A stretch of DNA of 39,682 nt from an uncultured Woeseiaceae bacterium (GCA_945787435.1 CALZHX010000222.1:1-39682), one strand, 5' to 3'; counted from the first letter of the stretch, positions 8,938 through 20,792 are shown. Numbers and translations are program-made. Notes: generated by a model not told the origin, from the sequence alone.

Positions 8938-10458
8938 CTAATCCTGATGACCAGCCTGTAACGACTTAACGAGCGACACAGACATCAACACGCCGACAAC
9001 GAGTATCGGCAACGACACGATCAGCAATACCACCTGCATAGTTTTGAGTCCGCCGATGAACATCAGTGCAATCGGTAACACGGCAAGTGCGAATGCCCAG
9101 AACACGCGATGCCAGCGCGCAGGATCATCACCCGCCTTCAGGTGCAACGTCGCCCCGGATGCCAGCGAGTAGGAGGCAGAGTCGTAAGTCGTTGCCGCGA
9201 ACACGATCGAGACTACGGCAAACACGCCAATGACCAACGGCGCGATCGGCAGCGTTTCCAGTGCTGCAACAATTGCTGCGTTGCCACTGACGGAATTCAG
9301 AATGTTAACGAAATCGAGTTGCTCGGAGAGCTGCAAAAACAGGGCGTAGTTACCAATGATCATGTAGAAGATCCAACTGCCGAGCGAACCGAAGATCAAC
9401 ATACCCGTGATCACCTGGCGAATGGTACGACCGCGAGAGATGCGGGTGATGAACAGGCCAACGTACGGTGCGAAAGCAATCCACCATGCCCAGTAGAAGA
9501 TAGTCCAGCTTTCGACAAACCCGGAGTTGGTGAAGGGGTCTGTCCAGAAATTCATGCGCACGAAGTTCTGCGTCATCATGCCGAGGCCATTGAGACTCGT
9601 TTTCAGCAAGAACACGGTCGGGCCTACGATCAGGATGAACAACAGCAGTCCGAGCGCAAGATACATATTAATGTCGCTGAGACGCTTGATGCCCTTTTTG
9701 AGGCCGAGCCACACACTCAGTACGAACAGGCCAACGCAGATACCCATGACGATGACTTCAAGCTCGAAGCTCGTCTGAATTCCGAATAACCAGGCCAGGC
9801 AGGCAGCGATCATTGGCGCCGAGAACCCGAGGCTTGTCGCGGCGCCGCCGATCAACGCGATCATGAACAGGAAATCGATGACGCGCGACAGCGGTCCCTG
9901 CTCGTTTCCACGCAAGAACCAGTTACAGCTCAGGCTGAAGCGCAGCTTGTCCTTCTTGCCGACGTAGTAGGGGTAGGCAATTGCAATCGCCGGCAGACAA
10001 TAAAAAGCCCAGGCCGTGAAGCCCCAATGGAACAGCCCGTAGGTCGAGGCCCATTCGGCCGCTTCCGCACTGCGAGGCTCAGCGCCAAACGGTGGTGACT
10101 CGTAGTAGAAAGCCCATTCAGTGGCGCACCAGTACATCAACCCAGCACCGACACCGGCACAGAACAACATGGCTATCCAGCTAAGCTGGCTGAACTCAGG
10201 TCCCTCGTCATCTGAGCCAAGCTTGACGTTGCCATAGCGGCTGGCGGCAAGCCATGCAAGAAACGATATCGCGGCAACGCTGGCGAGCAGGTAGAAGACC
10301 CCGAATTCGATGGCGATGAAGTCGTATAGTCCCTGCAGCATTGGCCCGGCTGTTTCGGGCGACGCCGCGAGAAAAATGCCGGCGGCAGCGATAATCGCTA
10401 CACACGTACCGAAACTGAGCCAGTCGATTCTGCTTTGTTCCATACGACGTTTAACCAT
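8938..10458 (-). CDS. BCCT family (betaine/carnitine/choline) transporter
   Basis: 506 aa and multi-TM. It has the BCCT signature WTIFYWAWWIAFAPYVGLFITRISRGRTIRQ. It ends 3 nt before the start of the esterase gene. Confidence 0.9.
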   Translation of the reverse strand: MVKRRMEQSRIDWLSFGTCVAIIAAAGIFLAASPETAGPMLQGLYDFIAIEFGVFYLLASVAAISFLAWLAASRYGNVKLGSDDEGPEFSQLSWIAMLFCAGVGAGLMYWCATEWAFYYESPPFGAEPRSAEAAEWASTYGLFHWGFTAWAFYCLPAIAIAYPYYVGKKDKLRFSLSCNWFLRGNEQGPLSRVIDFLFMIALIGGAATSLGFSAPMIAACLAWLFGIQTSFELEVIVMGICVGLFVLSVWLGLKKGIKRLSDINMYLALGLLLFILIVGPTVFLLKTSLNGLGMMTQNFVRMNFWTDPFTNSGFVESWTIFYWAWWIAFAPYVGLFITRISRGRTIRQVITGMLIFGSLGSWIFYMIIGNYALFLQLSEQLDFVNILNSVSGNAAIVAALETLPIAPLVIGVFAVVSIVFAATTYDSASYSLASGATLHLKAGDDPARWHRVFWAFALAVLPIALMFIGGLKTMQVVLLIVSLPILVVGVLMSVSLVKSLQAGHQD

Positions 10459-10493
10459 TCGCTTCGGTCGTCGCAGTTTGACAGAATGCGTGC

Positions 10494-11039
10494 GTGACTA
10501 ACAAGCCACGTAAGAGCGTACTTCGCCTGCCGAAAAAACACCGTGGCGCACCCGAATTGTCGGGCGCAGCGGATGGCGAGCAGCTCATCGCGGCGCAGTC
10601 GTTTCGCGATGCGGTGATTGCCGGGCTGATTGTCATCATCCTGTTCAGCGTGTTGTGGGCAATGCTATCGACCCTGGTCAATCGTATCTTTCCGTGGATG
10701 ACCGTGGTTCTTGGTTTACTGATCGGGTTGGTCTTGCGCCGCGCCGGGCGTGGTCTCGACTGGCGATTTCCAGTGCTCGCCGTGGTTCTGGCATTAGCGG
10801 GAGCCCTGGTAGGCAATGTTGTTGTCGCCGCCGCGTTCACGGCGTCGGAGCTCGACACGAGCACGCTTACTATTCTGCGCGCGGTAACGTCGATGACGTG
10901 GCCCGTGTTCTTTGACGAGGTAATATCCGCTGCGGACGTCGTGTATGCACTATTTGGGGCAGCGACGGCGGCGTTTTACGCCAACCGTCGCCTGAGCCGT
11001 AGCGAATACAAAGCAGTACGCAGCCTAGACCGGCATTAG
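10494..11039 (+). CDS. Hypothetical inner-membrane protein
   Basis: GTG start, which is uncertain because only 35 bp separate it from the divergent BCCT start. It has a basic N-terminus and then about 4 hydrophobic segments. No recognised domain. The 3' end overlaps the convergent HD gene by 15 nt. Confidence 0.45.
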   Translation: MTNKPRKSVLRLPKKHRGAPELSGAADGEQLIAAQSFRDAVIAGLIVIILFSVLWAMLSTLVNRIFPWMTVVLGLLIGLVLRRAGRGLDWRFPVLAVVLALAGALVGNVVVAAAFTASELDTSTLTILRAVTSMTWPVFFDEVISAADVVYALFGAATAAFYANRRLSRSEYKAVRSLDRH

Positions 11040-12059
11040 CAAACCGTTGGCCTCAATGGCCTTGCCGGACAGCGAACCGAGCTGGCGTTTGACCAGCAAC
11101 TCGAGATCATTCACGGCATTGACGATACCGAGGAAGCACTGCGGCTCACGGCGCAGCAGTGTCCAGTCACCGGACTCAATGACACGCACAAGGTGTGAGA
11201 TGTTGGCGGCGATCGCATCGATATACGGGTTCTGGCCGTCGTACAGCACCTCAAAGTAACGGTAGACGCGGTTGAATTTGCGGTGCAGCCGGTCACGCAT
11301 GACCTGCTGGTAGAACACAGGCGTTTTTTGCAGCAGGTCGAGACCCGACTTGTACCGCACCATGTATTCACCCGGCTTGGCGTTCTCGACGGCGACGCCG
11401 CCAACGACAAATTCGTTATACAGGCGATCACGGCATTTTTCGAGGTAGCAACGATCGGCCATTTGCGCGAGCAGGTCTGCCGTGCCGATCAGGTGACCGC
11501 AGATGATGTCACGAGGATCATCGAGTTCGATCTCGTCCAGATCAAGCTCATATCCTGTGAAGTGCACGATCATGCTGCTGACCGCCGTATCTTTCGCCAT
11601 TCCATGTTCGGGCAGGTAGCGCCGCAGGAAGTCAGCGCTCCTCGACACGTGATAGAGCGTGAACTCGGCGCCGTTTGCAAACTCGGCATCGCGCTCCTTG
11701 TGCCGAATGTAACCGGCATCGTGAAACAGCGCGGTGATTATCGCCATTTGTGCACGCTGTGCGCCGAGCCGGTCGTGCAGCTCAACACTTCGCTCGTAGC
11801 CAGCTATCAGACGCGCGACCGCGAGCGTCATATCGAGCGTGTGTTGCACGTCGTGATAGGTGGTATCGCAACCCTCGTAGCCAGGATAACGTCCTGTGAA
11901 CAAACGCTCGAAGTCATAAAACGCGAGCCAGATCTTGTCGTAGGACGCGCCGGGAAAAGCTTCGCTGAAGAGTTCGTACACGGCATTGCGGACCGACACA
12001 GGATCACTCACCTGCACGGTATTGGTAACGTCGTAATCGTTACGGCGGTCCTGGGACAT
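11025..12059 (-). CDS. HD domain-containing (metal-dependent phosphohydrolase superfamily) protein
   Basis: It has TTYHDVQHTLDM (H) and ITALFHDAGYI (HD), plus later conserved Asp residues. I prefer the ATG at 12059 (MSQDRRN...). The track ORF extends to a TTG at 12125, which is an alternative start. Confidence 0.7.
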   Translation of the reverse strand: MSQDRRNDYDVTNTVQVSDPVSVRNAVYELFSEAFPGASYDKIWLAFYDFERLFTGRYPGYEGCDTTYHDVQHTLDMTLAVARLIAGYERSVELHDRLGAQRAQMAIITALFHDAGYIRHKERDAEFANGAEFTLYHVSRSADFLRRYLPEHGMAKDTAVSSMIVHFTGYELDLDEIELDDPRDIICGHLIGTADLLAQMADRCYLEKCRDRLYNEFVVGGVAVENAKPGEYMVRYKSGLDLLQKTPVFYQQVMRDRLHRKFNRVYRYFEVLYDGQNPYIDAIAANISHLVRVIESGDWTLLRREPQCFLGIVNAVNDLELLVKRQLGSLSGKAIEANGLLMPV

Positions 12060-12247
12060 GATGCGTTTCTTATTCTTATTGGTCGCTGGAGTAACACCCG
12101 TTGCGCTGAGTCTGTTGTCAGTCAACGGTGCCCCCCCGGGACATTATTTCTTGTCATCGAATGATACCCGGAGCACTTTTAGCGTGCTGGGCAAAATCCT
12201 GAAATATGTCATGTATTTGTCAGTTTCTACAGGTGTCGAAAAACTTG

Positions 12248-13015
12248 TCAACATTCGAATTCTGCGACCACCGGGGCATGATCAGAGGGGCGCTCCCAGG
12301 CGCGGGGTTCCTTGTCGACATAGCTGGCGTTGCAGCAATCTGCCATCGCGTCGCTTACCAAAATCAGGTCAATTCGCAGACCTGCATTGCGGCGAAAACC
12401 GGCGGCGCGATAATCCCACCAACTGAAGCTCTTCTCGGGTTGGTCGAATGACCGAAATACATCGGTCAGACCAAGCGCCGTCAATTCTTTTAACGCCGCG
12501 CGTTCTTTGGGGCTGCACAAAATGGCCTCGCCCCATTTCTCTGCGTCATGTACGTCCTCATCGGCCGGCGCGATATTGAAGTCACCCAGCACGACCAGCT
12601 TCGAGTGGCGCGATAATTCATCTTCGAGGAAATCTCTCAAAGTAGCGAGCCAGCGCAGTTTGTAGTCGTATTTGTCAGAGCCGACTTCCGAGCCATTCGG
12701 AATGTAGAGATCAACGACGCGGACATCATCGATAGTCACCGCAAGCACGCGCCGCTGCGGGTCATCGAAACCCGGAAATTCGAGGACCGGATCCAGTGCG
12801 GGCGAGCGGCTGATCACAGCGACACCGTTGTAGGTTTTCTGGCCATTGGCAACGGATGCGTAACCCACCTCGGCCAATGCCTCGGCAGGAAAAGCCTCGG
12901 TTACCTGCTTGATCTCCTGCAGTACGAGCACGTCAGGATTGTGCGCGTCCAGCCACTCGAGTACGTGCGGCAGTCGCACCTTCATCGAGTTGACGTTCCA
13001 CGTAGCAATCTTCAT
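12248..13015 (-). CDS. xthA: Exodeoxyribonuclease III
   Basis: It starts MKIATWNVNSMKVRLPHVLEWL...VLVLQEIK and ends ...PSDHAPVVAEFEC. The length is typical at 255 aa. Its start overlaps the prlC stop (ATGA). Confidence 0.93.
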   Translation of the reverse strand: MKIATWNVNSMKVRLPHVLEWLDAHNPDVLVLQEIKQVTEAFPAEALAEVGYASVANGQKTYNGVAVISRSPALDPVLEFPGFDDPQRRVLAVTIDDVRVVDLYIPNGSEVGSDKYDYKLRWLATLRDFLEDELSRHSKLVVLGDFNIAPADEDVHDAEKWGEAILCSPKERAALKELTALGLTDVFRSFDQPEKSFSWWDYRAAGFRRNAGLRIDLILVSDAMADCCNASYVDKEPRAWERPSDHAPVVAEFEC

Positions 13016-15039
13016 TCGCTCTTTATCCCGCTTTGTCGCAGCAGCGCATCGATTTCGGGCTTGCGGCCACGAAAGGCAATGTATGCCTGCATGATGTCAC
13101 GGCTGCCGCCCACTTCGAGAATCTCACTGCGAAAACGCATTGCCGTCTCGCTGTCAAAAATGCCCGCTTCCTCAAATGCACCAAACGCGTCTGCGGCAAG
13201 AACCTCGGCCCACTTGTAGCTGTAGTAACCCGCCGCATACCCGCCCGCGAAAATGTGCGAGAAGCTGTGTGGCAGACGGTTGTAGTCCGGGCATTCGATC
13301 AACGCGATCTCGTCGCGCACCTCGTCCAGTACCTGTAGTGCGAAGCCGCTTTTGTCCGGCGCGTACTCGGCATGCAAGCGAAAATCGAACAACGCGAACT
13401 CGATTTGTCGCAGCATGGCCATGGCCGCACCGACATGCCGGCTATCGTCAAGCCGGTCGAAAAGTTCCCGAGGCAGTACGTCGCCGGTTTTGGTATGCGC
13501 CGAGCAGCGGCTCAATACGTCGTAATTCCACGCGAAGTTCTCCATGAACTGGCTTGGCAGCTCGACGGCATCCCAGGGCACACCATTGATCCCCGCGATG
13601 CTCGGATAGTCGATCCGGGTCAGCAGGTGATGCAGCATATGGCCGAATTCGTGGAATAAGGTGACGACATCTTCGTGCGATAGCAGAGATTGATGGCCAG
13701 CATCGCTGTCGGGTGGAGGGAAGTTGCAGACAAGGTAACCGACCGGCAGCGTCGCATGTCCGTTCAGGTTCTTGCGCACGATGCATTCATCGATCCATGC
13801 ACCACTGCGCTTGCCGCTGCGCGCAAAAAGATCAGTGTAGAAACCGCCGATGAGCGCGCTGTCCTCGTCCTGCACTGAGTAGTAACAAACGTCATCATTC
13901 CAGGTAGTGACGTTTTCCTGTCGTTCGAGCTTGACGCCGTAGAGTCGCTCGGCGAGCTCGAACAGGCCGGCGATGACGGTTTCAACCGGGAAGTACTGGC
14001 GCAACGCCTCATTCGAAATAGAGTGTTTCTTCTGCTTTAGCTGCTCAAGCCAATATTGGTAATCCCAGTGCTTCAGGGATATGCCAGCGAACTCGGTGAG
14101 CTCAGCAACATCGCTCTCCGCTGCAGCCCTGGACCGATTGGCAAGCTCGCGCAGAAAATCAATGACCTCGGTTGTCGACCCGGCCATCTTCGTGGCCAGC
14201 GAATACTCGGCAAAATTGTCGAAACCAACCAGTTTTGCGGCTTCATGACGCAACGCCAGAATTGTCTCGATGTTGGCGCTGTTGTCCCACTTGGGGTTAC
14301 TGCCCTGATCTGAGGCGCGGGTGACCCAGGCGTGATAGACACTCTCTCGCAGACCGCGATCGTCCGCATGCCGCATCACGGCGTCATACGTTGGATAGTC
14401 CAGCGTCAGCAGCCAGCCCTGCCGATCGCGCTTGCGCGCCTCGCCGGCCGCACGAGCGACGATTTGCGGCGACAAGCCAGCCAGCTCACTTTCGTTGGCA
14501 ACGATGAGGCTCCAGGCATCCTGCGAGTCCTGAATGTTGTGCTCGAACGCGGCCTGCGTCGCAGCAAGCTGCTGCATGATCTCTTTGAATCGCGCCTTGT
14601 CGGCCTCAGGCAAGTCAACACCCGCGAGTCGAAAGTCGCGCAAAGCTTGTTCAACAACGCTCTTGCGTGCGGCACTCGCGGTACCGGGCAGTTGCCGGGC
14701 GACGGCGGCGTAGGCGCGCTGCAATCGAGAGTTCTGTGATAATTCGGTGCCATGCTTGGTCAGTAAGGGAAGCGCGGCGTTATACGCTTCGCGCCACTCC
14801 TGCGATTCGAGTACACCCTGCAGGTGGCTAACCGGAGACCAGACACGGGAAAGCTCATGCTCCATTTCCTCGAGCGGTGCGACCAGGGTGTCGAAGTCGG
14901 GCTGCGAATTGTCGTCCAGCAGCGCCTCAAGCTTTTGCCGGTGCTCTGCGATAAGCTCGCTGAGCGCTGGCACAACCTGGTCGGGCGCAAGTTCATTGAA
15001 TTGCGGCAGCGAAGAGATGTCGAGGAGCGGGTTGGGCAT
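13012..15039 (-). CDS. prlC: Oligopeptidase A (M3 family zinc metallopeptidase)
   Basis: It has the HEFGH zinc motif (LFHEFGHMLHH). The N-terminus MPNPLLDISSLPQFNEL is typical of OpdA. 675 aa from the ATG at 15039. The track ORF's extra 88 codons run into the divergent gor gene. Confidence 0.93.
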   Translation of the reverse strand: MPNPLLDISSLPQFNELAPDQVVPALSELIAEHRQKLEALLDDNSQPDFDTLVAPLEEMEHELSRVWSPVSHLQGVLESQEWREAYNAALPLLTKHGTELSQNSRLQRAYAAVARQLPGTASAARKSVVEQALRDFRLAGVDLPEADKARFKEIMQQLAATQAAFEHNIQDSQDAWSLIVANESELAGLSPQIVARAAGEARKRDRQGWLLTLDYPTYDAVMRHADDRGLRESVYHAWVTRASDQGSNPKWDNSANIETILALRHEAAKLVGFDNFAEYSLATKMAGSTTEVIDFLRELANRSRAAAESDVAELTEFAGISLKHWDYQYWLEQLKQKKHSISNEALRQYFPVETVIAGLFELAERLYGVKLERQENVTTWNDDVCYYSVQDEDSALIGGFYTDLFARSGKRSGAWIDECIVRKNLNGHATLPVGYLVCNFPPPDSDAGHQSLLSHEDVVTLFHEFGHMLHHLLTRIDYPSIAGINGVPWDAVELPSQFMENFAWNYDVLSRCSAHTKTGDVLPRELFDRLDDSRHVGAAMAMLRQIEFALFDFRLHAEYAPDKSGFALQVLDEVRDEIALIECPDYNRLPHSFSHIFAGGYAAGYYSYKWAEVLAADAFGAFEEAGIFDSETAMRFRSEILEVGGSRDIMQAYIAFRGRKPEIDALLRQSGIKSE

Positions 15040-15136
15040 TGCTTTGGCTGATGTCCGTTTCAGGCGCAGAATTTTAACACGGTAATGCGTCGCAGGAGCC
15101 CGTCCTAACGGGCGATAACAAACGCAAGGAAAAGCA

Positions 15137-16472
15137 TTGAGCAAGAAATTTGACTTAATCGTAATTGGCGGCGGCAGTGGCGGCATTGCGCACGCTCGCC
15201 GTGCTGCCGAATATGGCGCAAACGTCGCCGTCATTGAGTACGGGCCGCTTGGCGGCACCTGCGTCAATGTTGGCTGTGTACCGAAGAAAGTGATGTGGTA
15301 CACGGCGAGTCATATGTACCACCTGGAACAGGCAGCCAACTACGGCTTCGACGTTACTGTTAATGGACACGACTGGGCCGCGGTTAAGCAGCGGCGCGAT
15401 GCCTATGTTAAACGGCTGAACGGCATTTATGAGGCCAACCTGGACAACAGCGGTGTGACATATGTTGCGGGCGCGGCCAGTTTCGTTGATTCGCACACAC
15501 TTGCTGTGGGCGGTGGGCAGTACATAGCGGAGCGCATCGTCATTGCGACGGGCGGGCGTCCAGCTGTCCCGGCGATTCCGGGCGCCGAGCTGGGTATTAC
15601 ATCGGATGGCTTTTTCGAACTGGAAGACCGGCCTGGGCGTGTTCTCGTTGCCGGGAGTGGTTATATCGCTGTCGAGCTCGCGGGCGTATTGCACGGCCTG
15701 GGCAGCGACGTTCAGGTCGTCGTTCGCAAGGACGCGATCATTCGCGAATTCGACACGATGCTCGGTGAGCAATTGATGGAGGCCATGGAGAAGGATGGTA
15801 TCGAGATTGAAACACGCGTTGTGCCCGCCGCGGTTGAGAAAACACCTGATGGCCTGGTGCTGACAGCAGATGACGGACGTTCTTTCGGCCCGGTGGACTG
15901 CATTCTCTGGGCAATCGGCCGCTCACCCAACACGGCGGGGCTCGCGCTTGAAAAAGGCGGCGTCACTATGGACGAACGCGGATTCATCCCGACCGACAAA
16001 TACCAGCAGACGAACGTTGAACACATATTTGCGCTTGGCGACGTGACCGGTCGCGCCGCGCTGACGCCGGTCGCCATCGCGGCCGGACGCCGGCTCGCGG
16101 ACCGGCAATACGGCGGCATGGACGGCAGGCACCTCGAATACGACCTGATTCCCACGGTTATCTTCAGTCATCCGCCGATAGGCACCGTTGGCCTGTCGGA
16201 GAGTAACGCCCGCGCCGAGTTCGGCGACAGCGTAAAAGTCTACACAACCGGTTTTACACCGATGTACTACGCACTAGGTGACAAGAAGCAGCGCTCCGTC
16301 ATGAAGCTGATTACGGCAGGTGACGACGAGAAGATTGTTGGTTGCCATGTTATCGGTGACGGCGCCGACGAGATGCTGCAGGGATTCGCGGTGGCGATAC
16401 GCATGGGCGCGACGAAAGCCGATTTCGATGACACCATCGCGATTCACCCGACCAATGCCGAAGAGTTCGTGA

Positions 16473-16483
<11 letters not shown>
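15137..16483 (+). CDS. gor: Glutathione-disulfide reductase
   Basis: It has the FAD fingerprint [11 protein letters not shown], the redox-active disulfide [13 protein letters not shown] and the C-terminal HPT.AEE motif. TTG start, with aaggaaaag upstream. Confidence 0.92.
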
Positions 16484-18937
<2,454 letters not shown>

Positions 18938-18941
<4 letters not shown>

Positions 18942-19648
18942 CGAATTGCGACCAGTACAGAGAAGCGATTGCAGCGGACCCGTCATTTGACGGCGCCGCC
19001 GGGCATCTGAGCGAATGCTCGGCCTGCCAGGCGTATCGCAAAGAAATGCTGGCCCTCAACCAGACGATTAGCCGTGCGCTTGCACTTGAAGTACCGCAGC
19101 TCGATGTTCCTGAGTTGCCCGCGATCGAGACAGATAACATTGTGGCATTGCCGACTCGAAAGTGGGCGTCGCCGACCTGGATGGCCATAGCTGCCACGGT
19201 GGTTCTCGCTGCATTCGTCGGGTTTCGCATGGTCGGCAGTGGCGTTGAGTACGCGACGCTCGGCGATGAGTTGCTGGCGCATATCGACCACGAACCTGCA
19301 TCCCTTGCGGTTACCAGCGTTGCCGTAAGCGATGCGCGCCTGACATCCGTCGTGCCGGCCGACATCGCCCGTCTCGACCACAGCTCTGGCCTGATTACTT
19401 ACGCGCAGAGCTGCGTCATCAGAGGGCATTCTGTGCCGCACCTGGTCATCCAGGGTGAGCATGGCCCGGTCACCATTTTGCTGATGCCTGAGGAAATGGT
19501 GTCGGCCCCGCAGACCGTCACGGGCGAGAGCGTCAACGGCGTCATATTGCCAGTGGGCAATGGTAGCATCGCTATTTTTGGTGGGCGCGAAGAGTCACTC
19601 GATCGAATTGAGAAAAAGGTTCTGGAATCTGTGACGTGGAGCACCTAG
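18938..19648 (+). CDS. Transmembrane anti-sigma factor, zinc-finger (ZAS-like) N-terminus, DUF3379-like
   Basis: It is translationally coupled to the ECF sigma gene. It has an H-x3-C-x2-C motif (HLSECSAC) and a single TM segment (WMAIAATVVLAAFVGFRMV), followed by a periplasmic domain of about 135 aa. The DUF3379 assignment is from memory of this architecture. Confidence 0.7.
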
Positions 19649-19710
19649 TGCTCTCGTTACCGATGCATGTGCCCAGCCTGGGCAATAACCCTGAGTAGGA
19701 GAGAGAGAAA

Positions 19711-20073
19711 ATGTCTGAGAAGAAAATTGCGAAACCCATAGCCTTAGCTGTGGGCACGGCGTTGGCCGGATCGTTCGCACTGTCGAGCAGCATTGCCAGC
19801 GCCGATACCGTTGAAAGCCCGTTCGCACTGTCGACACTGACGGCTGGCTACATGCTGGGCGCCGGCGAAGGTGGCTGTGGCGGCGATAAGGAAGGTAAGG
19901 AAGGTAAGGAAGAAACCGAAGGCGCTTGCGGCGAAGGCAGTTGCGGTGGCGATAAGGAAGGCGAAGCCGAAGATAAGGAAGGTGAAGGTTCCTGCGGCGC
20001 TGACAAGGATGCAGAAGCGTCCTGCGGTGGTGACAAGGATGCAGAAGCTTCCTGTGGTGGTGACAAAGGGTAA
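19711..20073 (+). CDS. Secreted acidic Cys-Gly-repeat low-complexity peptide; putative metallophore / RiPP precursor (HvfA- or bufferin-EGKCG-like)
   Basis: The RBS aggaga lies 8 nt before the ATG. The Sec signal peptide ends ..SIASA|D. The head is ESPFALSTLTAGYML. Six (G/A/S)-C-G motifs then sit within a G/E/D/K tract. It has its own strong terminator. Confidence 0.75.
   Translation: MSEKKIAKPIALAVGTALAGSFALSSSIASADTVESPFALSTLTAGYMLGAGEGGCGGDKEGKEGKEETEGACGEGSCGGDKEGEAEDKEGEGSCGADKDAEASCGGDKDAEASCGGDKG
19888..19913 (+). repeat. 9-bp in-frame tandem repeat (aaggaaggt x2.9; KEG-KEG-KEE)
   Basis: Read directly: aaggaaggt aaggaaggt aaggaaga, inside the peptide gene. Confidence 0.85.
20001..20068 (+). 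repeat. 30-bp in-frame tandem repeat (x2.3) encoding DKDAEASCGG units
   Basis: 20001-20030 and 20031-20060 differ at 2 positions. A third partial copy (tgacaaag) follows. Confidence 0.9.
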
Positions 20074-20102
20074 TTAGTCTCTTTCTACACACTTTGCAGA
20101 TT

Positions 20103-20129
20103 AAGCCCGCGCCTTGCGCGGGCTTTTTT
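20103..20129 (+). terminator. Rho-independent terminator of the peptide gene
   Basis: gcccgcgc (20105-20112) pairs with gcgcgggc (20116-20123) and is followed by T6 (20124-20129). Confidence 0.88.
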
Positions 20130-20146
20130 GTGATTTACTTACGCCT

Positions 20147-20737
20147 ATGGCAAAACCTGTGACACGCTGCAAGTGGGCCGAAGGCGTCAGCCTCGACTAT
20201 ATCGAGTATCACGATACGGAGTGGGGCGTTCCTGCCCATGACGACCGTGTACAGTTCGAATTTCTGCTCCTCGAGGGTGCACAGGCGGGTCTCAGCTGGT
20301 CGACGATACTCAACAAGCGTGAAGGCTACCGCAAGGCGTTCGCCGATTTTGACCCGGTAAAGGTCGCCCGCTTTACCGACAAGCGCGTCGAAAAATTGTT
20401 GCTGAATCCAGGCATCGTGCGCAATCGCCTCAAGGTGAACTCCGCCGTAACAAATGCGAAAGCGTTTCTTGCCGTGCAAAAGGAGTTTGGCAGTTTCAGC
20501 AAATACATCTGGGAATTTGTGAGCGGCAAGCCCATCCAGAACCGCTTCAAGAAAGACGCCGACATACCAGCCACGTCGGCGGAGTCCGACGCGCTCAGCA
20601 AGGACCTGAAGAAACGTGGTTTCAAGTTTGTTGGCAGCACGATCATCTACGCCCACATGCAGGCGACCGGCCTCGTTAACGATCACGTCGTCGGGTGCTT
20701 TCGCCATAAGCCCTGCCAGCAACTTGCAAAAAACTGA
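20147..20737 (+). CDS. tag: DNA-3-methyladenine glycosylase I
   Basis: It starts MAKPVTRCKWAEG and has YHDTEWGVPAHDDRVQFEFLLLEGAQAGLSWSTIL and ...YAHMQATGLVNDH. The track ORF start at 20114 lies inside the upstream terminator, so I prefer the ATG at 20147. Confidence 0.92.
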   Translation: MAKPVTRCKWAEGVSLDYIEYHDTEWGVPAHDDRVQFEFLLLEGAQAGLSWSTILNKREGYRKAFADFDPVKVARFTDKRVEKLLLNPGIVRNRLKVNSAVTNAKAFLAVQKEFGSFSKYIWEFVSGKPIQNRFKKDADIPATSAESDALSKDLKKRGFKFVGSTIIYAHMQATGLVNDHVVGCFRHKPCQQLAKN

Positions 20738-20792
20738 ACGCCGGCGGATTATCGACAGATCCCGCTAACAAGCCAAAGATCAGAGGCCCTCT

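Noticed and set aside
15040-15303. N-terminal extensions of track ORFs. These are prlC to 15303, hemB to 18460, S8 protease to 24469, hemF to 26135, rsmB from 33107, MOSC from 4505, tag from 20114, smg to 29556 and the LysM gene to 31644.
   Set aside because: The extensions overlap neighbouring genes or terminators and lack family-like sequence. Internal starts give canonical N-termini and in several cases ATGA/GTGA coupling with the neighbour.
19595-20092. A 165-aa ORF antisense to the Cys-repeat peptide gene, with its own repeats (RRKRL.., LPYLPY..).
   Set aside because: It is the mirror image of the sense-strand tandem repeats. It has no RBS or signal, and it overlaps the anti-sigma gene end. 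The sense ORF has an RBS, a signal peptide and a terminator.
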